Assembly (NCBI GenBank): GCA_001275005.1
Contig: JWZX01003188.1
Coordinates: 1 to 44,701 of the forward strand
Source: Chrysochromulina tobinii
Lineage: Eukaryota
Length of the DNA stretch: 44,701 nucleotides
Reading direction: 5' to 3'
Shown here: piece by piece, positions 32,617 through 42,669 of the stretch
How the letters are laid out: each line of letters opens with the position of its first letter
Position numbering within the stretch: position 1 is the stretch's first letter
The notes under the pieces: generated by a model
What the model saw: only the letters and a program-made list of their open reading frames with translations
Database searches by the model: none
What the model was told of the DNA's origin: nothing
Program-made: the position numbers and the translations under genes

Positions 32617-33987
32617 TCAGGTGAGAAAGAGCAGAAGCCCGACCGAGGCAAAGAGCGAGACGGTGACTATGGCGAGCACGTACTGGTAAAACATGAGCAT
32701 TGCAACCTCGCGATGGCCCGTGCCCTGCATCGTCGCTATCATGCTGATGTTCATCGCCGTCGGCGAGGCGCCCACAATCACCATGGTTAGTGGCAAGAGC
32801 CCGTCGATCCCGCGAGTGAGCACTCCGGCATAAGTGCAGGCGTAGATGAGGCAGATGTTGAGCACCGGGACGAGCACGAGCTTCGCGAGGAGCGTGGCGA
32901 CCACTGCGGCGCGCGGCATGTCGCCCACGCTCCCGCCGTTACCACCGCCTTTCGATAGCGTCGCGCCGAGTACGAAGATGATCAGCGGAATGCCACCCGT
33001 CCCCAGCAGCTCGAGACTGTCGATCAGCCAGCGCATCGGCGCCGCTTCCTCGACGAACACGTAGCGCAACGGCGTGCACCCCACCAAGATGCCCATCAAA
33101 CTCGCCGCCGCCGGCCGATTGATGGCGTTGCGCACCGCCAGCATGCCATGAATGAATGGCGAGGCTCGTATACGACCCCACAGCGTCGACGGCGTCCTTG
33201 GCGGCCGCGCAGCAGACTGGACCTCCTCGGCGTCCATGGCCGCCTCGAGCTTCGCACCTACAGATGGATCTTCTTCGCTGGGTTGCATCGCACCGTGTTC
33301 GACCGTCGTCAAGCGCGAATGCTTCGGCGCGCGCCACACGATTTTTGGCCGCCGGCCGCGCCCAACGCCCTCATCGGGCGGCGGCTGGTCCGATCGAGTC
33401 GAGCTCTCGAGGATGATGCCGCTCTGGGAGCCGTCCTCGTGCGGGCGGGCGAAAGGCCCGCCATGCCGCAGCATCGGCCCTGCGAGCGACCACATTGTCA
33501 CGGACTGCGCCACGTTGCATAGAAAGAGGAAGCTCGCGCCGCGCACCTGCGCCTCGGCCGCTTGCTGACCAAAGAGGCCAGAAATCAACGACTCGAGAAG
33601 CGGAAGCGGCATGCCAACCACGTTGCTAAAGGTGACCATCGTCACCATCGTCGGCCACATGGCTCGCGGCGCCGCCGAAAGCCTCGTCGCTGCTACGCCA
33701 GACAGGTAGCCGATGCTCATAAAGGCGAGGGTGAGCAGCGGCACCACCCATAATTGCATCACGAGATCCGCGGTCAACCCCATGGAGCACCGCGTGAAGA
33801 TGAACAAGGGGATGAGCAAGTTGGTATTCACGACGGCAAGGTCCTTGAGGACGCTATCCGGGTTCTTGATCTTTTTCTGGTGCTCAAGCTGCCGGAAGAC
33901 CCATGCCGACAAACCACCGGAAACAACCAGCTTTGAGACAGAGATGGCCACGACTCGGAAGATGTCGCCCACGTCTGCCGTCGGCAT
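32617..33987 (-). CDS. Auxin efflux carrier family (PILS-like) membrane transporter
   Basis: Two hydrophobic bundles around a central loop; LIP.FIF, FSNVVGMPLPL, GIPLIIFVLGATL, KLVLVP, SPTAMN. Confidence 0.85.
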   Translation of the reverse strand: MPTADVGDIFRVVAISVSKLVVSGGLSAWVFRQLEHQKKIKNPDSVLKDLAVVNTNLLIPLFIFTRCSMGLTADLVMQLWVVPLLTLAFMSIGYLSGVAATRLSAAPRAMWPTMVTMVTFSNVVGMPLPLLESLISGLFGQQAAEAQVRGASFLFLCNVAQSVTMWSLAGPMLRHGGPFARPHEDGSQSGIILESSTRSDQPPPDEGVGRGRRPKIVWRAPKHSRLTTVEHGAMQPSEEDPSVGAKLEAAMDAEEVQSAARPPRTPSTLWGRIRASPFIHGMLAVRNAINRPAAASLMGILVGCTPLRYVFVEEAAPMRWLIDSLELLGTGGIPLIIFVLGATLSKGGGNGGSVGDMPRAAVVATLLAKLVLVPVLNICLIYACTYAGVLTRGIDGLLPLTMVIVGASPTAMNISMIATMQGTGHREVAMLMFYQYVLAIVTVSLFASVGLLLFLT

Positions 33988-34729
33988 GCTGTGGATGGAC
34001 TTCACACATAGATCGCGGTGATTCGGACTGAATCTTCAATCTCCAGCTGTGAGCTTAGACAAAACCTCCCAAAACGGGCTGGCTCCGCTTCGCACCCCCG
34101 CGCCTTCAGCAGGTTTCCTGCTCATCTCGCATGTTCTCGTCAAACTCAAAGCTCTCTCACAATTTGTTAAGTGTTTTTAAGTGTGCAATACAGGGTGCAA
34201 TACTTGGTGCAATAATGTACTTCAACATTTTGATGTATCCTTGATCGGATCCGTGGCGCCTAAGTGGCGCCGTGTCGGTGGCGCTTGACGTGTGATCCAC
34301 GGCCACATGTCGTCCGTGGTTCAGTCGCGTGGTGCGATGACCACGGTCCACGCCGGGCCCGTCGGTACGTCTCGGTAATACATATACGCCTTCTCATTCG
34401 TCATTGAGCGATAAACAGATATCGCGCAATATCGACGATTCGACGTAAAAAGTTACCTAACCGGTCGACGACACGAACGCGCGCACCACAGGGAACCCGC
34501 CCCGGCCCCCGCTCACGCGGATCCGGTCACATCGACACACGCGCTAGCATTTCCTTTCTCTATTCAGTATTGTACCTCTTGAGCTCAATGGATGCGATGG
34601 CCCATAATTTACTACCGCGTACCGGCGGGACGTCGTCTGCTGCGCGTTCCGCCGATCTGTTGTATAAATCATCATCATGTCACGTTTAAATTATCCGCCT
34701 CCTGTGGACTCGCCCCAGGCTCTCCACTC

Positions 34730-35875
34730 TCACGCCCAGTTGCCGGGTGGGCCGAGCGAGTTGGGGGCGCGGTTTGCGATGGACCGAATTCGCACAGCCG
34801 GCTGGGCCGATCGTGGGCGCTGGTAGTGTGGGTCCATGCTCACCTGATGGGCGAGCGAGGGCAACCATGGGTTCTGGCCACCCTGCTCGTTCTCTCCAGC
34901 ATCCTCGTGCAAGGTGATCTCTTGCTCCTTTTTGAAGAGGCCGTCGGAAAATTCCTGATAGCTGAGCGACTCGGATTGGTCCTTGTTGTAGCGCTCGAAG
35001 AGACCGCGAAGCACCTCGTAGGGCACGCCTCCCTTGCTGCGCGAATCGGGGGAGGCCATGGTCAGACCAAAGCGCTCCATGGCCAACCTAAACTCACGGA
35101 ACTCGACCTCCCCTGAGCCATCCGCGTCAAACTGCTTGAAGGCGTTCCTGAGCGCGCGTTCTACGTTGACGCCTTGTGACTTCTGGTAGATATTCTTCAC
35201 CAGTATGTCTTCGAGCATATTCATATCCCCCTCGGAGACGTAATTGATCGCCGGCATCACGTTGCCCTGCTTGTCCTTGGTCTTGAGGCGCGACCAACTC
35301 GACTCGAACATCGTGCCAAATAGGTCATCTTCGTCGATGCTCGACGAGATGTCCTCGTAATAATCGATCCACTCTTCGAGCGTGACGGTGCCGTCAAAGT
35401 TGCCGCCCTTGCCCTCGAAGCCTGCGATGAATTCCTTGAGCACTTCTGCCTCCGTCTTGGTACCCTCCTTGACGCGAGGGTCCTGCCCAGCGTTAAAGAA
35501 GGGCTGGATGTCCTCCACCGTCAGGCTGCCGCTGTTGTCACCTGCTGCATCGAGGGTCCTGAAGGCCTTGACGACCAGATTACGGCGCGGTTGGTTCATC
35601 TTGCCTCGCACAGTTTTGATGAACTCATCGAAGCTCACTAAACCATTGCCGTTCTTGTCGAAGAATCTGAACAGGGACATCATTTCGGCCGGGGATAGGG
35701 TGAGCTTGCACAGTCGAAAGCACTTTGCGAGCTCTTCCTCGTTGAGCTGCCCGCTTCCATCTCCGTCACAGATTTTGAAGTTGCGCATAAGGCCTCGGAT
35801 GCCATCGGCGCCACGCTTCTTCAGCACCGTCCTAATCTGTTCCAGCACCCGCTCTGCATAGGCATGGAACGACAT
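34730..35875 (-). CDS. Calcyphosin-like multi-EF-hand protein
   Basis: KRGADGIRGL.RNFKICDGDGSGQL, FDKNGNGLVSFDEF, DGTVTLEEWIDYYEDISSSIDEDDLF, plus an extra EF-hand pair (FDADGSGEVEFREF). Confidence 0.88.
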   Translation of the reverse strand: MSFHAYAERVLEQIRTVLKKRGADGIRGLMRNFKICDGDGSGQLNEEELAKCFRLCKLTLSPAEMMSLFRFFDKNGNGLVSFDEFIKTVRGKMNQPRRNLVVKAFRTLDAAGDNSGSLTVEDIQPFFNAGQDPRVKEGTKTEAEVLKEFIAGFEGKGGNFDGTVTLEEWIDYYEDISSSIDEDDLFGTMFESSWSRLKTKDKQGNVMPAINYVSEGDMNMLEDILVKNIYQKSQGVNVERALRNAFKQFDADGSGEVEFREFRLAMERFGLTMASPDSRSKGGVPYEVLRGLFERYNKDQSESLSYQEFSDGLFKKEQEITLHEDAGENEQGGQNPWLPSLAHQVSMDPHYQRPRSAQPAVRIRSIANRAPNSLGPPGNWA

Positions 35876-36342
35876 GGCGGACGTGGACTGGGGCCGACTT
35901 TCGCCTTGACGAGCGATGGAATTTCGCCGGGGCCTGGTGTGGATGAGCGCGGCCCCTCGACGCGAGGCGTGCTTATCGTTCGTGTTTGGGGGGATGCGTT
36001 CGGACGAAAACCACACTTTAGCGCCAAGTGGCAAGCCGCAGTTCATCCCGAAACCCACATATGTTTCCTGCTCCGGTAAAAAAGACACCGGGGGGAGCCC
36101 TTGTGGGAGCCAGCAGCCGGGACATGGGACACACTCAGTCACTCACACACTCACGGCGACACGGGACACACGGGCGCTCCACACGGGCACACGGATCACA
36201 CAGACAAACCTCACTCAACCATCCCAACGCACCAACGCACCCGCACGACGACCGAAAAATGTACGGCGAAACCACACGTTCCGTCGGTAACGAGAAACTT
36301 GCGCGGACGCACACGCGCGCCGCGGGCCGCGCGCGGTCGCCA

Positions 36343-37362
36343 ATGTTGCGTCGATTCGGCCGCCTGTGCCTGGCGCTCTTACGCATGGCAAGCGTGCTTG
36401 CGCTGGACACCGGCACGCACAATGCACGGTCTGAACGTTTGCACGCTGTCGTCACTGCATGGCTCAGGGAAACTCCCACTGATGTTATTCAGGACGGCGG
36501 CATCAAGCTTGTGCCAAAGCTCGAGCCTGCTGAGACCGCGGTGATGAGCTTCTTGCGACCCCCGCAGCCGCCCTCGTATCACCCACACACGGGATGCATC
36601 GCCGGCCAAACAATCTGCTACCCATCTCCCAATCTGATGAAGAGCTTCATCCAATTCAACCCTGGCCCATTGGTTGTTGAGTATGGTTCGTTCATGGGCG
36701 AGGCCACACAGGCGCTCGCCCAAGCCGTGGCGGATGCGCAAACGACATGGGGTACCTTACCTACAAAGGTGCTGGCCATAGACAGCTTCGACAGCACCAC
36801 TGGTTATCAGGGCGTCTTCATGAACCCATGGACTTGGGTGGCGCCTCCAGCAGTGCGTGTGGCAGCCGCCAGCGCGCCGCCGCATCCGACACCATACTAC
36901 CAGTTCCTGGTGAACATGGGCGTCACAGATGCTACAAAGGAGCGCGTCGTGCCATTCCCACTGCTGGCGCCGGACGCGCTGACCAGGGCACGCCTCCTCG
37001 GCACCGCCAACCCAGCCGCACGTCCACGGCTCATTTACGTCAACCCAGTGGGAGCGTCCCTCAAGCATGACTTGCCGGTGCTGTGGCGGCTGCTTGCCTG
37101 CGGTGGCACAATGGCGGGCGCGGGCTATCACCTACCCGATGTTCAGCCGGAGGTGGATGCTTTTGCGGCGAGCAAAGCGGGTGCTCTGCTCGAGGCGTTT
37201 GTCGTCCATGCTCCAGGAGCCGGAAAGTACGAGAAGCTCGAGCATGAGTTTAGCCACGAAGGGTTGATCGCGAACCGCAAGTCGAATGTCTCCTTCTGGC
37301 GTTTCCGAGCCAAGCCGTGCGTTGGCGAAACGGGCACCTCGGCCGCCGGGTCGTCGAAGTGA
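36343..37362 (+). CDS. Class I SAM-dependent methyltransferase-like protein (divergent)
   Basis: VVEYGSFMGEAT (motif I), VLAIDSF, LIYVN, LWRLLACGGTMAG; possible signal peptide. Confidence 0.65.
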   Translation: MLRRFGRLCLALLRMASVLALDTGTHNARSERLHAVVTAWLRETPTDVIQDGGIKLVPKLEPAETAVMSFLRPPQPPSYHPHTGCIAGQTICYPSPNLMKSFIQFNPGPLVVEYGSFMGEATQALAQAVADAQTTWGTLPTKVLAIDSFDSTTGYQGVFMNPWTWVAPPAVRVAAASAPPHPTPYYQFLVNMGVTDATKERVVPFPLLAPDALTRARLLGTANPAARPRLIYVNPVGASLKHDLPVLWRLLACGGTMAGAGYHLPDVQPEVDAFAASKAGALLEAFVVHAPGAGKYEKLEHEFSHEGLIANRKSNVSFWRFRAKPCVGETGTSAAGSSK

Positions 37363-37576
37363 GGCTGCCGGGGAGGCACCGTCGCACCGAGCAGCGGCAC
37401 GCTGGCCCACGCTGCATCCCTGCCAGATCGATGAGCGTGCAGCACATTGCAGCATCGCTGAACAGCTTCTCGCCTTCGCTGGCCCGCGAAGAAGATTTAG
37501 ATGATCTCCCGCTCATTCACATCATGCCAAACAAGTTCACACCGTCCTTATCAGCAGAAAATTCATACCCGCACAC

Positions 37577-38088
37577 ATGTTCCGCCTCGCGACCGCCGCT
37601 TTGAGCCTCATTCCGGCTATGCAGCCTCTTCGCGCCGGAGTTGCGATGCCCGCCCGCGCACTTGCCTCCCGTGCCGCCGAGAAGACAGGCCCTATTTTCG
37701 ACGTGGTATTCTGCGCCAACTGAGACGGTGGAATGCAGGAGCGCGATGCGGCTTCGAGGTTCATCAAGGATGTGTTCCCGGATGCTGAGGTGCGCGCCAA
37801 GCAGGTCGACGAGCGCCCGGTTCAGGTCAAGATCTCGTGTGATGGCGAAGAGATTATCACCGTGCCGCAGCGAGTATGCAGCTTAAGACTCGAACCAGCG
37901 TAGCTGTTGGCTCCGAAAGAAAGCGAGCCTCCCTGAGAGAGCCACGCGAGCGGTACCGCAGCCAGTGCCGCTCGAAAACATGCCGAACCCTACTGTCCTC
38001 ATGCACGCAGGACCTCTTTGGCAAGTACGGCTGGCCAGCGGAGAAGGCCATCAAGGCGGCCCTTAGAAAGCTGAAGGAGGCCAATTGA
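37577..38088 (+). CDS. Candidate selenoprotein, SelW/Rdx-like with CxxU; exons 37577-37873 and 38011-38088; Sec TGA at 37721-37723
   Basis: MFRLATAALSLIPAMQPLRAGVAMPARALASRAAEKTGPIFDVVFCAN-U-DGGMQERDAASRFIKDVFPDAEVRAKQVDERPVQVKISCDGEEIITVPQR|DLFGKYGWPAEKAIKAALRKLKEAN* (124 aa). Phase-0 intron GTATGC...CACGCAG; SECIS-like hairpin downstream. Confidence 0.8.
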
Positions 38089-38149
38089 GGCCTGATTGAG
38101 GCCTCTCCTCTTCACGCCACAGTCCGGAGCTCCAACGCGATGCCCAAAG

Positions 38150-38220
38150 TACACGACACATGAGGGCCCTCTCGACACCCGCCCATGGGAGCGGACGAGG
38201 GTGCCGGATGGACCGACGCG
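38150..38220 (+). promoter_or_regulatory. Putative eukaryotic SECIS element (type II)
   Basis: A-UGAG (38160-64) opposite GGAU (38206-09) forms the core. Helix GGCCCUCUCG/CGAGGGUGCC pairs at 9 of 10 positions. Unpaired ACAC, then mini-stem CCGC/GCGG. Confidence 0.7.
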
Positions 38221-38520
38221 ATACGCCGATTTTGTGACACCTTTTGTGGACTTTGCTAAGAGACTCTGATCTGCACAAAGTGACTTGACAGTCACTCTCA
38301 AGTCGAGTTCCAAATCAAGCTTGAGTGATTTCTGTGCCGGATCCCCACGCACACGATCAAGAGGGTTCTTCGATTGCATTCGATGAGTTTCCACAGAAAG
38401 CCGAGCGCCGTTGGCGCTGTCGAGCGCCCGCCACGACAAGGAATTCGAAGTCGCGTTCTGACCTTTGACCGCCAATTGATCATCCTCTGAAGTCCGCCGC
38501 ACGCGCTCCAAAGACGAACA

Positions 38521-41500
38521 ATGCGGCAGGCAATCAACATCGTAGCGCTCACCCTGAGCATTCCCATCACGTGTGCCGACGGATGGCTCGAAGGAATCGC
38601 TCCTTGGGTGCCGGTGAGCATGCGCGCCATTGGTGAGAAGGCGACGGCGCGCCCACCGTGGTGGCCCCAGGCACCGGACGCAAATCTAGCCTCACTCGTC
38701 CATCGCATGGCTGCAGCCAATGCAAGCTGTAGCCGCACCCTCGAGTCTTACCAGAGCGAGGTTGCGGAGCTCCGTGCTGCACTCGCGGCCAAGACGCAGG
38801 CGACACGGTTGAGCGTGAGCACGCCACTGCTCCTCATCCTCCTCTTCGCCGCGATCGTCGTCCTCCGGCGCAAGCGTGCCAATCGGGCACCAACGGCCGC
38901 AAGTGTCCAGGCGGAGGTGATGCTCCGCTCGGTCACGAGGACTGAGGCCGATGCCTTCCGCCACTGGAGCACCGCGAGCCGGCGCCGGCGCACGCAGCAC
39001 CGCGACATGAACCTCTTCGCCGCTCGCCACCGGCTGAGTGCAATGCACCAGGCTCTGGAGAGCTGGCAGCTGGCATGGGCGACAAGCGCTCCAAGCGGCC
39101 GACGGAGCAGCCGTGGCAGCGAGCCCGACTGGCTGCGAGAGGCATCCGAACTCTTCTCCCCTGGCGGGAGTGCCATGGAAGCCACAGCACCGGTTGCGGC
39201 CGCAGTCGCCGCGATCGAGGCCGCGGCCGCGACGACGGATGGGGCGCGCACGCCCAACGCCACCGGACCCTTGGCGACTTCGTTTCGATCCACGTCGCGC
39301 GTCATCACACGTGTCTCCACGGTCGCCGTCACAAGCGCCGATCCATCTCTGCCGGCCGACGCGCTGTCGTCAGCTCCAATGGAAGTTTCGTCAGCTCAGC
39401 TGGAAGAGGCGGCGGCAGCTCCGACGGAAGTCTCGTCAGCTCCGCTTGAAGAAGCGGCGGCAGCGGCAGCTCCGCTGGAAGAAGCGGCGGCAGCGGCAGC
39501 GGCGGCGGCGGCGGCGGCGGTGGCGGCGATGGCCATCCGACAGGTGGCCGACGCGGCATGCCAAGCCTCCCTCAGTTCGACGGACAAGGCAGCCGCCTTT
39601 GCCCTCGCTTCATCGTTCGCCGCTGCCTCCGCCGCGCGCTCTAGCGCCGCCGCCGCCGCCGCCGCCACCGCCGCCACCGCAGGCTCCACCGCCACCGACG
39701 ACAGCTCGACCAAGATGCCCGGGTCCCCGCGCTTGTCGGCGCTCTGTTCACTCACCAATGGCACACCCCACGCGCTAGTGGCGGACCACACGCCCCAGTC
39801 CCAGGCCCGCGAGGCGCAGCTGCGCTGGGAAGTGCTCGAGGCGCAGAACATCATGCTGCTCGAGCAGACGCAGCGCGCCGAGGCGGCCGAGAATGAGAGC
39901 GCGGCGTTGCGCCTCGAGGTGGAGCAGTTGACCGAGCAGCTGCAGCAAGCGATCCTCGCGCGGCTCACGGACCATTGCGCCGACTTGGGCGGCTGCAAGA
40001 AGGAGTCGGCCGGCATGCTCGAGCGCATCGCTGAGCGCCTCGCTGACAAGCTGAGCCTCAATGACCGGATCGCAATCTCCGACATCTCCAAGGCACCCGG
40101 CATCGACGGCATGGGCGTGGACGCCATCGCGACGGGCCGCCCGGCCCATCAGAGCGTGTTCAGCTTCAAGACCCTCTTGCCCCGTCGCGGGCGCATGAGC
40201 TTCGGTGGCACGGAACGCAGCGGTGCAACGCCTGTTGGCCTCCTCTCGCCGCCGGCTACCGGTCGATCGCCGGCGGTGCTGGCTGCGATGGTGCTCGAGG
40301 GAGCCTCGCCGGTCGGCTCGCCGCGGCTGTCGTCGATGGACGAGGCTGCGGCGGAGGCGAAGCTGGACGCAGAGGCGGCGGCGCCTTTGACAGAGGCGAC
40401 TCTAGTGGGCGCCGCGCCCACGACGGCATCCGGATTCTTGGAGGTGCTCGCTCGAGGATCGCCGCTTCGAGGCTCTCGCATCGCACTCCGCCGTACGCCT
40501 TCGATGCTCGCTGAGGCGCCGCCGCCCTGCACGCCCGAGCGTGCCGCATCGTCGCCACGTAACGGCTCCCGTAACGGCTCCCGTAACGGCTCGCCGCGGC
40601 ATTCGATGCCGTTGGATGCGTCGCCGCACCACTCGCCTCGGCCGGAACGCTCGACACGGCCCGTGTTCGACGAGGACGAGGGGGCAGCGAGGGCGGCGGC
40701 TGACCAGGTCAGGAAGGATGCCGAGGAGCGCGCGGCCAAGGCGGCGGCGCGCTCGCCCCAGTGCAGAGCGCCACAGGCAGTCACCGCAGAGCCAGAGGAC
40801 ACTGATGCCTCTGTCATCGACATGACCTTGGCCGATGCCGTCGTGCAGGCTGCGCTGATCGAGGCCAAAGCTGCCGTCGAGCAGGCCGCCGCTGACGCCA
40901 ACGCTCAAGCCGCTGCTGCTGCCAACGTGCAGCGAGGCGACGACAAACTCGACGACACTCTCGAGCCGCCTGCCGATTTCGTCACGCCGCCCGCGTGCAT
41001 GCAAACGGGCGACGTGCAGGTCACGCTCAACCTCGAAGTCCCCACAGGCAGCGAAGAAGGCGCCACTCGTGGCATCCTCGTGGCGGTCGACGGCATCCCT
41101 GTGGTGCCCACGACGGCGTCTGCGCTCAAGCCCGCTCGAAAGCTACTGCCGTGCAAGCTCAACGTCGACGGGTATGTGCCTGGCGGGCAATCGACCAAGT
41201 CGCCCACCAATGCGAGCCCCCCCAGCTCGATGCGGCTCTCGGTGGAACACGATGTTCATATGACTCCTTGGGGGGAGCGCTCCCCGCTCTCTGCATCGGC
41301 TGCGGACAATGCCGGCGCGCTGCCCCAGTACTCGCAATGCTCGGTGCCGTCCCAACCGCCCTCTCGCTCGCCTGCTGACAAGGCTCCATCGCCCCCCCCT
41401 CGCTCCCCTCGGCGCGACGCCATGGCGTGGTCGCCTCGGCAAGAAGGCTCCTCACCGCAAGGCTCGCGTGTCTCCTTCCGCGACAGTGATAGCACCGGCT

Positions 41501-41553
41501 CGCCGCTCAAGGCGTGCAGCTCGCCGCTCAAGGCGATGCATGCGGCGCGCTGA
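38521..41553 (+). CDS. Large low-complexity protein with signal peptide, TM segment and coiled coils
   Basis: 1010-aa ORF with a hydrophobic N-terminus, LLLILLFAAIVVL-RRKR, Ala/Ser/Pro-rich repeats (EVSSAPLEEAAAA; NGSR x3). No recognisable catalytic domain. Confidence 0.65.
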   Translation: MRQAINIVALTLSIPITCADGWLEGIAPWVPVSMRAIGEKATARPPWWPQAPDANLASLVHRMAAANASCSRTLESYQSEVAELRAALAAKTQATRLSVSTPLLLILLFAAIVVLRRKRANRAPTAASVQAEVMLRSVTRTEADAFRHWSTASRRRRTQHRDMNLFAARHRLSAMHQALESWQLAWATSAPSGRRSSRGSEPDWLREASELFSPGGSAMEATAPVAAAVAAIEAAAATTDGARTPNATGPLATSFRSTSRVITRVSTVAVTSADPSLPADALSSAPMEVSSAQLEEAAAAPTEVSSAPLEEAAAAAAPLEEAAAAAAAAAAAAVAAMAIRQVADAACQASLSSTDKAAAFALASSFAAASAARSSAAAAAAATAATAGSTATDDSSTKMPGSPRLSALCSLTNGTPHALVADHTPQSQAREAQLRWEVLEAQNIMLLEQTQRAEAAENESAALRLEVEQLTEQLQQAILARLTDHCADLGGCKKESAGMLERIAERLADKLSLNDRIAISDISKAPGIDGMGVDAIATGRPAHQSVFSFKTLLPRRGRMSFGGTERSGATPVGLLSPPATGRSPAVLAAMVLEGASPVGSPRLSSMDEAAAEAKLDAEAAAPLTEATLVGAAPTTASGFLEVLARGSPLRGSRIALRRTPSMLAEAPPPCTPERAASSPRNGSRNGSRNGSPRHSMPLDASPHHSPRPERSTRPVFDEDEGAARAAADQVRKDAEERAAKAAARSPQCRAPQAVTAEPEDTDASVIDMTLADAVVQAALIEAKAAVEQAAADANAQAAAAANVQRGDDKLDDTLEPPADFVTPPACMQTGDVQVTLNLEVPTGSEEGATRGILVAVDGIPVVPTTASALKPARKLLPCKLNVDGYVPGGQSTKSPTNASPPSSMRLSVEHDVHMTPWGERSPLSASAADNAGALPQYSQCSVPSQPPSRSPADKAPSPPPRSPRRDAMAWSPRQEGSSPQGSRVSFRDSDSTGSPLKACSSPLKAMHAAR

Positions 41554-42669
41554 GCTGGGCGATGCATGCGGAGGCGAGGGATTTGAGCTACAAGTAGGGA
41601 GGCGCTTGGGAGATGAGGCATGAGGGGCAGAGGTGAGGTCGTCGATGTGGGCGATGCTGAGCTGAACATGAGATATGCGACGAGGGAGAGATACCAGCGG
41701 CTCTTGGCGCAAGATGATGTGATGTGCATGTGCGTGCATGATTGTGACGGAGGCAGCCAACGGGCGCCACGCCGCAAGTTCGAGATACCACGCCTCTTCG
41801 AAGATAGAGGAACGATGAGCGGAAACGATCGTCGTCGGATGCGTACAAAAGGTTGCATATGTAGTGTTTGTCTGATTGGTTTACGTGGGCGGTGGCGCGG
41901 TCGGTCCGGCGGGGCGCGCTGGACCGGCGCTGCGCACGGAGGGGTCACGGAGGGGTGCTTTTCGGGATCGTTCCGCCGGGAACGAACATGTACCTTGTAC
42001 CGGTCCGTTAAGCGTTATCCACCCTTATTCCCTCTTATCGCAATATCGGCCGAGCGCGCGGGACCGTCCAGAGTCCAGTGTGCAGTGACCTATACCTGTC
42101 GATATATACAAAATACAGCGCGGTTCATCGACGTGCTCGCGTTCTCGTCGAACGCCACGCCGGGGCCTCGAACGAATCAAACAAGACCTTGAGGCGGCAC
42201 ACTTATGTACTACTAGCACAGTCGACAGTGCCGACATCACGACCACACGCACCGTGCACAATTCATGCGATACACCAAACAAAGAACGTCGGTGCTGTGC
42301 CGGGTGTTTCAGGGTATGTTGATTCCGGTTGGTTCTTCGATCTGCAGGCGGCGAGCGGAAGGCGCCTCACGGTCGCCTCGCACTCGCTCGCAGTCTGCCG
42401 CGTCTCGCCACCCACGACTCACACCCGCCATGCGGGCTCTCTCTCAGCATGCCAAATGGATCCGCAGCGCCACACACTCGTCGCCCGTCTCGCCACGCGT
42501 CTCGACACGCATCTCGCCACGCACGTCCCCCGGCGCCGCCGCATGCTCTACACGACCCCGGACCTCGGCCAATCGCCTTGGCGCCCTCGGGCGTCGCCCG
42601 CAGGTGCTCGGCACGGCGCCATGGCCGCCGCGTGCACGCCCTGTCGCCCGCAAGTGCTCGGCACGGCGC

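Noticed and set aside
36028..36342. N-terminal extensions of the methyltransferase and calcyphosin ORFs
   Set aside because: They overlap each other in a divergent promoter region. The downstream ATGs (36343 and 35875) fit better.
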